Assembly (NCBI RefSeq): GCF_964213995.1
Contig: NC_135819.1
Location: 54,932,001-54,996,000, forward strand
DNA from: Mustelus asterias
Taxonomy: Eukaryota
Reading direction: 5' to 3'
Length of the DNA: 64,000 nt
Shown here: positions 40,654 through 54,844 of the stretch, in pieces
Layout of the letters: each line of letters opens with the position of its first letter
How positions within the stretch are numbered: position 1 is the first letter of the stretch
Notes under the pieces: generated by a model
Told to the model about the DNA's origin: nothing
What the model saw: the letters and a program-made list of their open reading frames with translations, nothing else
Databases searched by the model: none
Made by a program: the position numbers and the translations under genes

Positions 40654-43600
40654 TGTTACGAACCACACTAATATTAAATGCAAAAACATCCAAAACCCAG
40701 AAGATCACTTGAAACACCGGTTCATAGTGGTGTATGTGTTTTATTTGGTATCATGTGAGGAATGATGTACAATCCAAGTGAGGAAACAGTCCAGTCATTG
40801 TGTGAACAATTCATAAACAATATTTATTAACTTAAAAGTAAAACAAAAGCACACACAGCAAGGAAGACTATAATACTCTACGACGTTTAAGAATACTAAT
40901 GGCTATACACACATAATGTTACATGACATTATCGCTTGGTTCCCAAAACTACCTACATTTTACTTGAACTCTAAGACATCCCTTTTCCAAAACAACATCC
41001 AATATTAAGTAACCCTATGAGCTAAATCCAGCAAATAATTACCACAACCATGTTAATGTAGCCACAAGTAAAGTAGTCTTCCGATTCAGTGAAGGTGGGA
41101 TATGGCTACTTCTCTCAGGAGACTATCGCTGCAACTTGTTGCAGTTCTGATGATGGCTGACTCTTTCATTTTTTCTTGTTAGTGTTCTACAGTTATACCA
41201 TTTCTCTCCCTTTGATTTTATCCCCCTACAGAGTCAGGTGTTGGCAGGTACCTGTCAATTTCCTTATCTCTCCACTTTGAAGTTCCCACTTTTATAGCCC
41301 CATTGTTTTCTCTAGTCACAAATGAAAAATATTTACTTTCCACCAATGGCTGGAGAATTGCATCTCATCATTTCTCCAGCCATCTGCCTCTAGCCAACTC
41401 CTAATTTTTCTTGGTTTTTTTCATCTTAATTTTCCCCAACTCTTAACATGTCCCTCTTTTTAAAAATTAAACGTCTTTATTTAAAAAGACTATTTCATTT
41501 CTCAACCATTTATTGGTTCTACCTTATTAACCATTACAAAGATTTAAGAGCACATATTAACATAAAATATACCCCAGGGTATTTACACCCAATGTTCCCA
41601 ATTGTCTCTTTTACACTTGTGATAAAGCATCTTCAATGATGTTCTCGCTCCTGGCCACATGAATGACTTCTAAATTAATTGGCTGTTGTAACAAACTCCA
41701 TTGAAATAACTAAGTTTTCCTGTCACAAAATTTCTCCAGAAACTTTAGGTAATTATAGTCTGCATATACAATTGTCTCTGAAGGAATGCCGGCAACATAA
41801 ATCTCAAAATGTAGCAATTACCAAACTTAAAGTCTCTTTTTCAAGGTTAGAATACTTTTGTTGGTGACAATTTCGTTTCCTTGAGAAATACGCCACAGGC
41901 TTCTCAAGTCCAAGTTCACCTTCTTGTAACAACACAGTTCCCACACGAATGACAGTAGCATGCACAGCCAGTTTCAACTGTTTGTCATGATTTGGTGTGG
42001 CTAACACTGGCTTTGTTGTCAACATGGTTTTGAAATGTCAGAATGCAGTTTGGCAGTTCTCCATCCAGTTGTTCTTCCTCAAGCGTTCTGCTAGCAGTGC
42101 TGCCACACTGCTCAAGGTCAGCAGTAACTTACAATGAAATCCGCTCATTCCCAGAAACCTTAAAATCTCTTTTTTTGTTGTAGGTTCTGGAAAATACCAA
42201 ATGGCCCGTATTTTCACATCCCGTGGGGGCTATTTGGCCATGTCCCACACACAATATGTCCTAAATATGAAATTTGAGCTTTAGCAAACTCACTTTTTAC
42301 CATAATGAGATTAGACTATTTTAAACATTCAAACAGTTCTTTCAAGTGCTGCAGATGTGCATCCCACCTTGAACTAAACACTACTAAGTCGTCAATGTAT
42401 GCTGCACAGTCCTTAAATAACTTTGGTGATTAGTCTCTGAAATATCGTGGGTGCGTTCTTCTTCCCGAACGGAATAATTTTAAACTGATAAAGTCCATTG
42501 GTGTCAAGCATGCAGGGATTGCCTTTGCCCTCCCAGGCAAAGGTGCTTGCCAATAGCCCTTTAGCAAGTCTATTTTTGTGATGAATTTAGACTGCCCAAC
42601 TTTTTCAATGCTATCCTACAATTGTGGTATAGGAAGCAAATCCCTCCTGGTGTCCGCATTCACTTTCTGTAGTCTACACAAAGTATTTGTCTTCCATTCG
42701 GCTTTGACACCATTACGATAGGGATGCTCCAATCACTGCCTCAATTTAATAATGTCACATTGGAGCATATATTCAATTTCCTTCTATACTTGTGATAACT
42801 TTGCTGGATTTAACCTATACAGATATGGCTTTACTAGAACTGTGTCCCCACATCTACATCATGCATCGCTATCTCCGTTCTACCTAGTTTATTCCTATAA
42901 ATACATTTATAAGACTGCAGTAACTCTTCCAATTCGCCTCGGCTCTTATCTGGAAGATAACTTAACCAGTTGTTTAAATTTTTCAGTGCTTCCTCTTTAC
43001 CCAAATGAATTAGAGGGAAGTCACTATCACAATTTAACCCATCTTCTTCCTGTTTTATTATTATCAAGACCTCATGTTTGACCTCATCTCCTCTTTCCCA
43101 ATACCTCTTAAGCATGTTAACATAGCACACTCTGTGGGATTTATGTCTCTCTGGTGTATGTACCAGGTAATTAACTTCACTCAGTTTTCTTTTGAATTGA
43201 TATGGCCCAATAAATCTAGCTTTTAGTGGTCAGCCCAACACAGGTAACACTTTCTTCCCTGCTTCAAAACTACGAGGCTGTGCTTTCCTATCAGCTGTTG
43301 CTTTCATTCCCTGCTGTGCTATCTTTAAATGCTTCCTGACCACCTCACAAGTCCCGTTCAGTTTTTCTCTGAAAGTGTAGTCTCTGACTTCTTACTTGAT
43401 AACTGTTCAGTGGTACTCGAAGTTCATGTCCATTGACCAATTGAAAAGGACTAATTCTGGTAGAATCATTTGCTGCATCCCTAATAAAAATGGAATCCCT
43501 TTGTCCCAATCATGAGGGGAATCTTGACTTTATGCACTCTTTTATGCACTTTATGCATTCTTTTCAGAGTTTGATGCCACCTCTCTAAGGCTCCCTGTGA

Positions 43601-46600
43601 CTGGGTGATACACCAGTGATTTATACTGTTTTATTTCCAGGCTATTCATGACCTCTTTAACTAATCCTGACATGAAATTTGACCCATGATCTGATTGTAC
43701 CTCTTTCGGTAAACCATATCTAGTAAAGAACTTGGTTCATTCCTCTATTCCTCACCAGCTCAATGGGCCGAATGGCCTCCTTCTGCACTGTAGGGATTCT
43801 ATGATTCTATCATTATCTTGCCTGTAATGGTTCTTAATGGTATGGCTTCAGGAAATCTAGTGGATATTTCCATAAAAGTTAACAAGCATTGATTTCCACA
43901 TCACCCTTTCGACAATGGTTCTACACAGTGGACTCCTGTAAAAAGTTATTTGAAAGCTGGAGTAGTGATCAAAGGTGCTGGTTTTATTGCAGCTTGTGGT
44001 TTTCCTATTACTTGACATGTGTGACAGGTTTGACAAAATTTAGCTACATCTTTATGTAGTCCTGGCCAATAAAACTGTTTCTGTAACTTCGCTCATGTTT
44101 TTTTTATTCCTAGATGTCCCCCTACTAGATTTTCATAAGTTATCCTTAGAATTTCTTTCCTATACTCAGAAGGTAATACAATTTGATGTATTTCTGCTGA
44201 CTTGTCATCTGCACTAACGTGTGTGGGCATTTTCTCATTAAGTTGTGACCCTTTACATAATAACATTTAGGAAAACACAGAACTTCTGAGTAAGAATTCT
44301 GAGTAAGCCGTTTGATAGATTTGCTTTAATTTGGAATCACTCTGCTGTAATTCTATCAGTCTCTTTGAACTAAACACATGTGTTTATTTCGCTTTGTCTG
44401 GTCAATCTTCATTCAGCTTACTAAAGATCATGTCAGATAACCTTATCTCAGTCAGCTCATCCTGTGCTCTTAACTCCTCCCTCACTTGTCTTACCCTATG
44501 TGCCTGTGACCTTATTACTACACAATTGGGAAACACACCAGGATGGTCCAAAGCTGGATTTTCTACCAGCTGTTAGACCACAATAGGCATCACTACTATC
44601 TGTGATCCAGCTATATAATTTCCTAGAATGAATTGAATCTCTACAATGGGCAGCGTTTTTACTACTCCTACATCTACTTCTCCTGTCTTCAAGCTACTCT
44701 TTAAGATTATTTTCACCAAAGTATTTTTTCTTGTTTTGCCATGGATTGTTTTGCTATTCCTTCTGGACAACAAATATCCTTTTCCCACAATGTTAGGGAT
44801 TGACTGGCTTCTGTATCTCTTAAAATTTTAATAGCTTTCCGCATGTCATTTCTCCCACATGGAGAGACTTTTCCTTCATGTCCAAAATTCCTCAATGCAT
44901 CAGCCACCTGCTGGTCACTTTGCCCCTGTACAATTGGTGCACACATTTTCACCCCTATAGTTTGGTCTTCTCTGTGTACAAACCCTATTGGTTTCTCTTG
45001 TTCTCCAGATTTAATATTTCCTTTTTAAAGATTTATAACTCCAAACAGCTTTCCATGTAACCCGCAGCATAATGATTTTATGTGGCCAGTTTATTACAAT
45101 GAAAGTATCTGCTTTCCTCGTTTCTCTCATTCCTTCAGTGCCATCTTTTTTAATTTGAGGTGAAGTCTCCATGGAATTTTCAACCACTCCCTCTCTTGTT
45201 TGACTGTCGTTTCTCTCACCTTCCCACTTTCTATCTTTCTCAGATTCAAAAGTGTGTCAAAAAAAGGCCCTGACCTTTGAACCAATTCAAAGTTATCAGC
45301 AAGCCCTGTGGCTTGTTTAGCAGTTTTAAATCTTTGTTCCTCCACACAAGTTCTTCCAACAGAATTACTTCTCTAAGGGCCTCATAGGTTTCTTCTATCT
45401 TAATGCTGTCACCCAGCTTTCAAAATTGCTTTCACTATGTAAAATTCAATATAAGTCTGTCTATTGTCTTACATTTCAAACCTTTTGCCTGTCAGCCTCT
45501 GGTACTAACTCATAAACACTGAATATAGAGTTCTTTACTGTGCTGTACTCCCCAGACCTTTCCTCTGACAAAGATGCATAGACTTCACTAGCCCCATCTA
45601 CAAGTTTACTCTGTAAGAGCAATGTCCAAATATCTTGTGAACATTTCATTTGTCTGGCTATCTTCTCATAGGAGTTCAAAAAATCTCAATGTCCTTTGTG
45701 TCAAATTTAGGAAGTGCCTGCACAAATCTAAGCATCTTTTCATTAGGTTAACGGCGAGAACAACTTCCTTCCTCCAACTGTTCTGGTCTCTCTTTTCCCA
45801 CTGCCCGCATTTGAAGTTGAAATTCTCTCTTTCTCTCCTTTTCTCTCTCCGCCATTGCTAACTTTTGCATTTCAAGTTCTTACATCTCTATTTCTTTCTC
45901 CTTTTCTATTTTTCCTGCATTTCTATTTTTTATTTTCATTTCTAATTGTATTTTAATTTTAGCTAATTCAATTTCCTCACTTGTCAAAATACTTGGTCTG
46001 TCTGGCCACTTTTTTACATTTACATGCTTCACTATTTCTGCAATTACCTCAGCTTTCTTAAACTCTGTAGATAATCCTAATTGTAATATATTCACCAATT
46101 CCATCTGTTTAGTTTTAGATTCACTTTTCAACCTTTCCAAGATTATATTGTCTACTCCCAAACAAGTCTTGGCCAGAGCAAGAGCCATTCTTGCAGTCAC
46201 CTTAATGTAAATCACACACTTCCTCACTTGGTTCCACCCATTCCTCACTCTTGTTATGTTTACATCCAAGGAATTATGCTTCTTAAAATCCCAGCCAGGA
46301 GCCCCCAATTTATGTTTTGAACCATGCTGTTATTAAATGCAAGGGGATCCCAAAACCCAGAAGGGTAACTTGGAATACCGATTCTTGGTAGTGTATGTGT
46401 TTTTTTGAGGTATTATGTGAGGAACGATGTACAACCCAGTGAGGAAACAGTCCAGTAGTTGTGGACAATTAATAAAGAATGTTTATTAATTTAAAACAAA
46501 AACACACACAACAAAAAAGACTTTAATACTCTACAATACTTAAGGATATTGATGACTATATACACATAATGTTACATGAAACTATCCCTTAGTCCCCAAA

Positions 46601-47098
46601 ACTACCTACATTTTATGTGAACTCTGAGACTCCCCTTTTCCAAAATAACATCCAATATTAAGTAACCCAATGAGCCAAATCCAGCAAATAACCACCACAA
46701 CCAGGTTAAGGTGGTCACACCAGTGAAATAGTCCTCTGGTTCAGCAAAGGTGGGAAATGCTGCTTCTCTTGGGAGATATTAGCTGCAACTTGCTGCAGTT
46801 CTGATGTTAACTGTTTCTCATTCTTTTCTTGTTAGTCTTCTACGGTTATACCATTTCTTTCCCTTTGATTTTATCCCTCTGTGGAGTTGGCTTTGGGCAG
46901 GTATTTGTCAATTTCCTTATCTCTCCACTTTGAAGTTACCACTTCAATAACCCCACTGATTTCTGCAGTCACATATATAAAAATACTTGTTTTCCACTGA
47001 TAGGCTAATTCACATTTCATCATTTATCCAGCCATCTGCTTCTAATCAACTCCCTGTTTTCCTTTGTTTTTTTACATTATTTTCCCCAATTCTTAACA
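40654..47098 (-). mobile_element. Full-length decayed Gmr1-type Ty3/Gypsy LTR retrotransposon
   Basis: LTRs 40654-41448 and 46313-47098 (TGT...ACA); tRNA-Pro-like PBS TGGGGGCTCC at ~46290-46307; PPT AAAAGAGGG; gag ~45000-46200, protease region ~44550-44800, integrase (CQTCHTCQ, QSDHGSNF) ~43200-44250, RT (YIDD) ~42390, RNase H (KPVAYFSRK..YSNLEKE) ~41800-42000; near-TSD CTTG/CTTA. Confidence 0.9.
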
Positions 47099-48439
47099 CT
47101 TAGGTAAATGGAACACCTTGTAAATATTAAGCCTATGAAAGATTTGAAAACTGAAAACTTTTAGGTCTAAATAAATTAATGCAGCTTCAAATTTTGGCTC
47201 AAGTCCATTTCTGAAGAGTGATCTAACTAAACTAGGAACATGATCAAGTAGAATTTTATATTCAGCTCCAATATTTCTCATGGAGATCTAATAAATAAAA
47301 AATAAATCTTTATCACAAAATAAAACTTTCTAACACAAAATTCATAGTGAATAGAAATATAAAACCATTATATTGATAAATAAACAACTGCTATTTCATG
47401 TTCAGTTGCACTGAAACATTCTATTCAAACCAAATGGTCTATACTGGTGTTTATGCTCCAGATGAGATGCCTCCTACCATATTGCATTTCATCTTACCAA
47501 CATACCTTTCTATCCCTTTCTTTCTCATGTACTTACCAAGTTTCCTCTTAAATGACTCTACATTATTCACCATAACCACTCCATGTTGTGGCAATTTCCA
47601 CTTATTCTTACCACTTTTGAGTAAAGATATTTCATCTGATTTTGCTGTAGGATTTATTGTGACCCTTAGTTTTGGACTCCTGCACAAGCAGATTCATCAT
47701 CTCCATGCATGCCCTCTCAAAATTAGTTAGGATTTCCTCGTCTGATAACTATTGCACCCAGGAAACTGCACATTTGAACATTAGGCGAGGATAAGATTAT
47801 ATGAATTGCATCGCTTCATACCTACAACACAAGAAAATGGTTAACAAACACACGCTCTATATACTCACTTGTTGTGGCACTGGAGGGTGTCCAGCGCCTG
47901 TGGAATTGGTCCATCTAATTGTGTCCCCACACCCACTACCCATGAGTGCAAATCTTCAGGAAATGAGAGAACAGCAGTGGGAAAGGGGCAGATAAAACTC
48001 TATTGTATACTTCTGCTATTTTGTTTCTTAGGTCAGTGTTATGAATTGATACACTAACTATACTAACAGAAAGGGGCACACCTTCAGGTGCTCAATCATA
48101 ACCTTGCCAATAGCTTGGTTAGAGTTCAATGTACTTGCTAAGGAAACCTGTGCACTATGTTCTCATCATTTTCAAATATATACAATTAAATTCATTCACT
48201 TATTTTTACATCATATTGTCTGTGGAACATTTAAGTTTTCTCTGATATTTGTACTTACAATTTATCCCATTAATTTCATTAAAAATTATAAAATAATTAT
48301 TTTCCAGCATTCATCAGGTGTAATGTTTTGTACTATGGTATGTTAGAAAAGGTGAAATTTGGAACGTTTTCGTTCTCAAGTGGCTTCCAGTTGAATGTTT
48401 GAGCAATTGAGAACTTAAACAAAATAAAATCACTAATAG

Positions 48440-49925
48440 GAACATAGGAACATCTCAACTACATTCACCCTGTCATGCCCTGCAAGAATTTTGTAAGTTT
48501 CAATGAGATCACCCCTCATTCTTCATAATTCGAGGAAATACAGGATCAGTCTCATCAATCTCTCCTCATAAAACAATCCCACCATCCCAGGAATTAATTT
48601 GGTGAACACCCATGGCACCCCCTCTACGGCAAGTATTGCCTTCCTTCCATAAGGTGGCCAAACTGTGCACAATACTCCAGGTGAGGTCTCACAAAGGCTC
48701 TATATAACTGCAGCAAGGCATCCTTACTCCTGTACTCAAATTCCCTCTTGATGAACAAAGAACAAAGAAAATTACAGCACAGAAACAGGCCCTTCAGCCC
48801 TCCAAGACTGCACCGACCATACCGCCCGACTGAACTAAAACCCCGTACCCTTCTGGGGACCATATCCCTCTATTCCCATCCTATTCATGTATTTGTCAAG
48901 ACGCCCCTTAAAACTCACTACCGTATCCACTTCCACTACCTCCCCCGGCAACGAGTTCCAGGCACCCACTATTCTCTGTGTAAAAAATCTGCCTCGTACA
49001 TCTCCTTTAAACCTTGCCCCTCGCACCTTAAACCTGTGCCCCCTAGTAATTGACTCTTCCACCCTGGGAAAAAGCTTCTGACTACCCACTCTGTCCATGC
49101 CTCTCATAATCTTGTAGGCTTCTATCAGGTCGCCCCTCAACCTCCGTCGTTCCAGTGAGAACAAACCAAGTTTCTCCAACCTCACCTCATAGCTAATGCC
49201 CTCCATACCAGGTAACATCCTGGTAAATCTTTTCTGTACCCTCTCCAAAGCCTCCACATCCTTCTGGTAGTGTGGCGACCAGAATTGAACACAAGATCAA
49301 CATACCATTTGCCTTCCTAATTGCTCGCTGCACTCGCAGACAAGCTTTGTGACTCATGAACAAGGACACCAAGAGCTCTTTGGGCACCCGCTTCTTCCAA
49401 CCTCTCACCATTTAAGAAATATTCCACCTGTTTTTTTCTACCAAAGTGAATAACTTCACACTTATTCACATTATATTCCATCTGCCATGTTCTAATCCAT
49501 TCACAGCCTGTCTAAGTTCTCTTAAAGCCTCCTTGCATCTTCCTCACAACTCGCATTCCCACTCAGTTTGTGTCATCAGCAAATTTAGAAATATGGTCCC
49601 CACATCAAAATCATTTATATAGATTGTGATCACTTGTGGGCCTTGCACTGTTCCTTGTGGTACTCCACTAGTAACAAACTGCAATGTTACTCTCCGCTTT
49701 CTATCTGTTAACCAATTCTCAATTCCATCCCAGTATATTTCCCTTATCCCATGTGTTCTAATTACATTCACTAACCACATGTGTGGGACCTTATTAAAAG
49801 CCTTCTGAAAATCCAAATACACCACATCCAATAATTCTCCTTTATCTATGCTACAGGGAACACCCTCAACAAAAACTCCAACAAGTCTGTCAAAATGATT
49901 TCCCTTTCATAAATCCATGTTGATT
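48440..49925 (-). mobile_element. CR1 LINE with a nested younger CR1/HER1 (~48753-49290)
   Basis: DVVYLDFQKAF, GVPQGTV.GP, ALERVQKRFTRMLPGM motifs. Confidence 0.85.
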
Positions 49926-49939
49926 GTGCCAAAGGTGGG

Positions 49940-50215
49940 CTGCCAGGAACCTGAGTTCAATTCTGGCCTCGGGTAACTGTGTGGTTTTTGCACATTCTCC
50001 TCATGTCTGTGGGTTTCCTCTGGGTGCTCCGGTTTCCTCCCACAATCCAAAGATATGCGGGTTAGGTGGATTGGCCATGCTAAATTGACCCTTAGTGTCA
50101 GGAAGATTAGCAGGGTAAATATATGGGGTTACAGGGATAGGGACTGGGTGGGATCATTGTTAGTGCAGGCGCAATGGGCCCAATTGCCTCTTTCTGAACT
50201 GTAGGGTTTCCATGA
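49940..50215 (+). mobile_element. HE1-type SINE, 5' truncated
   Basis: Core GGGTGCTCCGGTTTCCTCCCACA. Confidence 0.8.
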
Positions 50216-51808
50216 ATTGACCATTCTTTTCTAAAAATCCAGTTATCACATCCTTTATAATCGATTCTAACACTTTCCCTATTATTGACAAACAGCTATG
50301 CAGTTCTCCATTCTCCTCTTCCTCTCCTTAAATAATGGGGTCACATATTCTACTTTCCAGTCTGCAGGAACCTTTCTCACAGAATTGTGAAAGATAACCA
50401 CCTATGTAGCCATTATCTCTTTATCCACTTGTGAAAAACCTGGGATGAAGCTCATCTGGTCCAGGCAATTTATCAACCTTCAACCCAGCTAACTTTTCAA
50501 GTACTTCTGTACTCATACTAATTTATTTTAATTTCTTGGTTTCACAAGTCCCTTTGTCACCTAGTCTTTCTGGGAGATTTTCTATATCTTCCCTGAAGAC
50601 AGGCACTAAGTAACTGCAAAGAAAAGTAGAACTTTCTTTCTGCAATAACTGATTTCACAATAGTTCATCGTTACACTATTTAACTTCTGCAATTAGTCGC
50701 TTAAAGGACTAACAAATAAAAAAAACTCTTGGCGTTCACGCAGCCTGCACTGACGACATGATATCCATGATACAATGTCGCATATTTGATTTTGCTTAAT
50801 CTGTGAAAAAATGTGGCAAAACTAAGAATGATCATTTACTGCAAATACGTTGTCTACATTCAATATTTAATAGGATCCAATGAACTCTTAGCAATGTTAC
50901 TTGCCGCACTCGGGGAACTTGCAATCATTTATCTTTTGATAGGGGGGAAAGGTACTGAAGAGAGAGTATTGAAGTCTTTGCTCTGAAAATCTCGGGAAGA
51001 GCAACCAGATTGAATCGAAGCAGCAACCAAAAACAACTTGTATCGAAAAGTGTAAAATGCGCGAAAATATAACCGTGTTATTATTGTTAAGATGGTTGGT
51101 GACATAGACTTGACTGAACTTGCGGTTATCTAGGTAATTAACAGCTTCACAGTTCTGTTATACCTTTGTTGCGCCTTTGGGAGTTTTATTAAATTAAAGG
51201 CGCTAGACAAACGCACGTTGTAGTTAATGATGATGCTGTTTCGGCAGCCCTGCTTTAAACTGCGGTGTTAACAGCTTACTTTAAATGATCCTTCCTGAAA
51301 AGAGATCCGGTTATAATTTTTTTATAAAAAAAAGAAAATGTTGACTTCTTAACTCCCATCTATAGTCATTCCGTTAGTGGTGGTGTACCACTTACTTATC
51401 TGAAAGACGCGCTGTTGAACTATTGGGATAGTTTGCGTGCCTGGATTAACCTAATCATTGCTCGTTATGCACACCCTCCCGAAGATAGATACTTGTAAAA
51501 CATTCCTATTTTCCCCGCAGGAGCCAGAAAGAACCTTTCGTGGCCATGCAGCAAATCTGGCAGGTCACTTATGCCAAACATTATTTTTAAATATGCTTCT
51601 TGGATTTTAAAAAAGTGTCCGGTTTTAAACTCTCCTATTTCAATCAGAGTGCACACGTTCAAGTTGTAAATCTCCCCCAAAAAAGGATTTAGTCGTCCTC
51701 AAATTTTAGATTAGAAACATGTCCTTAGCAATAAAGGGATCTTGGAGCATATTATCGTGGCTTGTTGGGAGATGGTCACAGCCCAGACCCCAGGGGGGGG
51801 TGTCTGTA

Positions 51809-52546
51809 TCAGAGAGGGACACTTCTCGTGTTCTCCTGCACTTCAGGGTTGGGAATCCTCGAAGCCAGTAGACACGCCAACACGATGCCAATCACTTGGA
51901 TCACCGCCAGTCCCAGCGCCCCGGTGGCGATGTGGAACAAGTTGTCGTTGACGAAATCGTAAATCTTCTTGAAGCAGCCGTCCTGGTAGATGCCCTGGGC
52001 GCCCAGGGCCAGGGGGTTGTTCTGGCAGCCCCTCCGCACGGTGCAGCAGCTCAGGGGCACCGAGCCGTTCCGCAGCTGCTCCTGGGACCAGGGCGAGGAC
52101 ACCCAGTCCTTGTAGCTCTCCACCCCGCAGCAGTCCAGGGTGCGCTGGATGTCGTCCATGGCGTTGGCTTTCTCCTCGTCCTCCGCGTACACCTGGATGG
52201 CGGCGGCCAGCCCGTTGCGGAATCCCTCGGCGATGTCCTTGCGGTAGAACAAGCCGGAGAGGCCGGCGGACAAGCCGCCGATCAGCACCACCATCTGGAA
52301 CACCCCGTACGTCTTGAGGAGGCACTTGTGCTCCGTGGCGGCGCTGAAGCAGCCCAGGAAGCCCCAGACGATGACCGCGGCGCCGGTGGCCAGCAGGATG
52401 GCCGGGGTGTTGGGGTAGTCGTTGGTGGACAGCTCCAGGTAGCTGCCCAGGGAGATCTTGGCCCAGATGCCAACCGTGAACATGGTGAGCCCAGCTGCCC
52501 AGAAGATGAAGCTGAACCCCATCAAGGAGAGTTTGAGCAAAGCCAT
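51809..52546 (-). CDS. Intronless tetraspanin (TSPAN7-like), 245 aa
   Basis: First ATG gives MALLKLSLMGFSFIFWAAG; four hydrophobic segments; GFLGC, CCG, PLSCC and GC motifs of the large loop; uninterrupted ORF with very high GC3. Confidence 0.93.
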   Translation of the reverse strand: MALLKLSLMGFSFIFWAAGLTMFTVGIWAKISLGSYLELSTNDYPNTPAILLATGAAVIVWGFLGCFSAATEHKCLLKTYGVFQMVVLIGGLSAGLSGLFYRKDIAEGFRNGLAAAIQVYAEDEEKANAMDDIQRTLDCCGVESYKDWVSSPWSQEQLRNGSVPLSCCTVRRGCQNNPLALGAQGIYQDGCFKKIYDFVNDNLFHIATGALGLAVIQVIGIVLACLLASRIPNPEVQENTRSVPL

Positions 52547-52800
52547 TTGCCCCCCTCTTCCCCAGCGGCTGACGAGAGAGAGAGAAGTCAAGACTTTTGT
52601 GGTGGCAATTTGCAATGGAAAGCTGGAGGGACACCTCTGGGACACCTCTAGGCAAGTGTGGCCACGGTAACCATCCCGTTGTGCAGCCTCGCAGGCGCTG
52701 ATAGCATCACTCGCACATCAATCGGATCCGGAGCTCCTGTGCACACACACTGAGCCGGGATAATACTGCCACACCGGGTTCCCCCGCCCTGCAGACCATC
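51880..52800. promoter_or_regulatory. CpG island over the tetraspanin CDS and 5' region
   Basis: Dense CpG in an otherwise CpG-depleted window; flanks 50700-53650 are also repeat-poor with retained CpGs. Confidence 0.6.
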
Positions 52801-53689
52801 AGTTTCCTGGCCAGCCTGTCTCTTACAACCAACTCCCAGCGAATCCTGCCTTCTTGGACAATCAGCTCATGCTCGGAAGAGCTGGGCAATTCGTTCAACG
52901 TCGTTTCATTTATGCATTTTTCATTGCGATCGGATGATGTTTAACATTCGAGGACTTGGTGACATTAAAAAGATGCCGGTGAAATTACCTGGGGAGATGG
53001 TGGACCAGTGAACGCTGTTCATGTCGACCACTGACTGTCTTATCGAGGTTTCACCAACATCGTAACGAAACTAAAGTTCTGGGGTAATTAAACTGACCCT
53101 TCACTATATATTTTTTTTAAAAATACAAACAAAAACCATTACTTAAAGCAGCAAAAAAAAAGCATCTGGTACCGCGGATTTTCGGTACAGACACACGCAA
53201 GATTTCCTAGCATAGGCTCCCCCCATGGTACAAATGACAACTGGAAATTTAAATCAAGCAACGCAATGGAAGAGCTAACACTTCTATTTTTAGCGCAGTT
53301 ATTGGTGTTTGCTAGCTCATAAGAAATGGCTGTGCCAGCTCAACAGTGAAGAGAGGCCGCTTTTTTATTTGTTTCTGAATTGATTGGACAGCACAGAACA
53401 TTGAGTAATACTTTCTTCCCGAGAGTTCCGCATTCCAGAAAGAAAGATGCGTCTGGAGCAACAAGATAAACAAATCACAGTGCCAATTCGCGGGGAGCGA
53501 CCTTTAATTTTTTTTTAAATCCTCCCAGCACCACATTGCCTTCTCATACACTGATTTTTTTACTGTGTGCAACACCTTGTTGCTGTTCCTTTTCATTTGC
53601 AAATACAACTCGTGAACTGACTTATTCTTGCGATGCCTTTTCCTCTTCACTCCTTCTGAGCAAATCGGACAGATGTCTTTTCACACCAA

Positions 53690-54400
53690 CCAAATAAACT
53701 AACTCAAATTAAACTTAGGGACAAATTAAAAGGGGCAGCTCCCCAAAAGGAAGGGGGAACAGCCCGAACCAAAAAATAAAATCGAAAGGAAACTTAAAAC
53801 ATCAAACCAAAAAGGTGATTATCAGGGTCGATAATACACCCCAGCCCCTGCGGTGCCCAGCGGTCACGGAAGGCGTCAACTGCGCCCTTGGACACTGCAT
53901 GCTCCCTCTCCAGAGACACCTGGCCACGAATGTAGCCGCGGCAGAGGGGCAGACAGTCAGGATGGACGGCCCCGTCGATCGCCTGCTGCCTGGACCTATT
54001 GATGGCGCCAGGCCCAAGAGCAGGTTCACGAGGAGGTCGGCATCCCGACCCGCCCCTCTCCGCACCAGGTGCCCGTAGATTAGGAGCGTGAGACTGAAAT
54101 GCAAACAAAACATCAGTAAAAAGGTGTTTGAGGAAACCAAAAAAGGGTGTGCAATCTAAAACACAGAACGTAGACATGGTCCACGGACTCCACAAGACCA
54201 CAGAAAGGGCAGTCTTGGGAGCCCGTGAACCGGAAAAACCTACGGTTGTACGGCACTGCTGCGTGCAACACCCTCCACCCCAGGTCCCCAAGATAATTGG
54301 GGGAGATCCCTCAGTAGAGGGACCTCCACCGCCCGGCGGCAACAAGGCCCACCAAGGTGTATCCGGGCGACAGGCGAGGAACGCCACCATTGGCAAAATG
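53690..54400 (-). mobile_element. Tx1/L1-clade LINE 3' end
   Basis: DLLVNLLLGLA, GYIRGQVSLEREHA, AFRDRWAPQG C-terminal motifs across frameshifts. Confidence 0.75.
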
Positions 54401-54464
54401 TACTAATACGCTGATATTGGAAATAAAGTTTATATATTTACTTTTGAAGGCTACTGATTTTTTT

Positions 54465-54763
54465 AAAGTTTATTTATTAGTGTCACAAGTAGGCTTATAT
54501 TAACACTGCAATAAAATTACTGTGAAAATCCCCTAGTCACCACACTCCGGCGCCTGATTGGGTACACTGAGGGAGACTTTAGCATGGCCAATGCACCTAA
54601 CCAGCGCGTCTTTCGGACTGTGGGAGGAAACCGGAGCACCCAGAGGAAACCCATGCAGACACGGGGAGAACGTGCAGACTCCGCACAGACAATGACCCAA
54701 GCCAGGAATAGAACCCAGATCCCTGGCGCTGTGAGACAGGAGTGCTAACCACTGTGGCACCAT
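54465..54763 (-). mobile_element. HE1-headed SINE (alternative-tail subfamily)
   Basis: Similar to 10945-11222. Confidence 0.82.
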
Positions 54764-54844
54764 GTCATTTGTTCCATTCTCAGACAAACCTAGAGACACT
54801 AATACCAGTGAGGTTTCTAGTATAAAGTTCAGTTGGGTGGAACA

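Noticed and set aside
52547-52645. 33-aa N-terminal extension of the tetraspanin ORF
   Set aside because: Starts at a non-ATG codon; the ATG at 52546 gives a typical tetraspanin start
51843-52655. 270-aa and 251-aa ORFs overlapping the tetraspanin
   Set aside because: Shadow frames expected from very high GC3; no recognisable motifs
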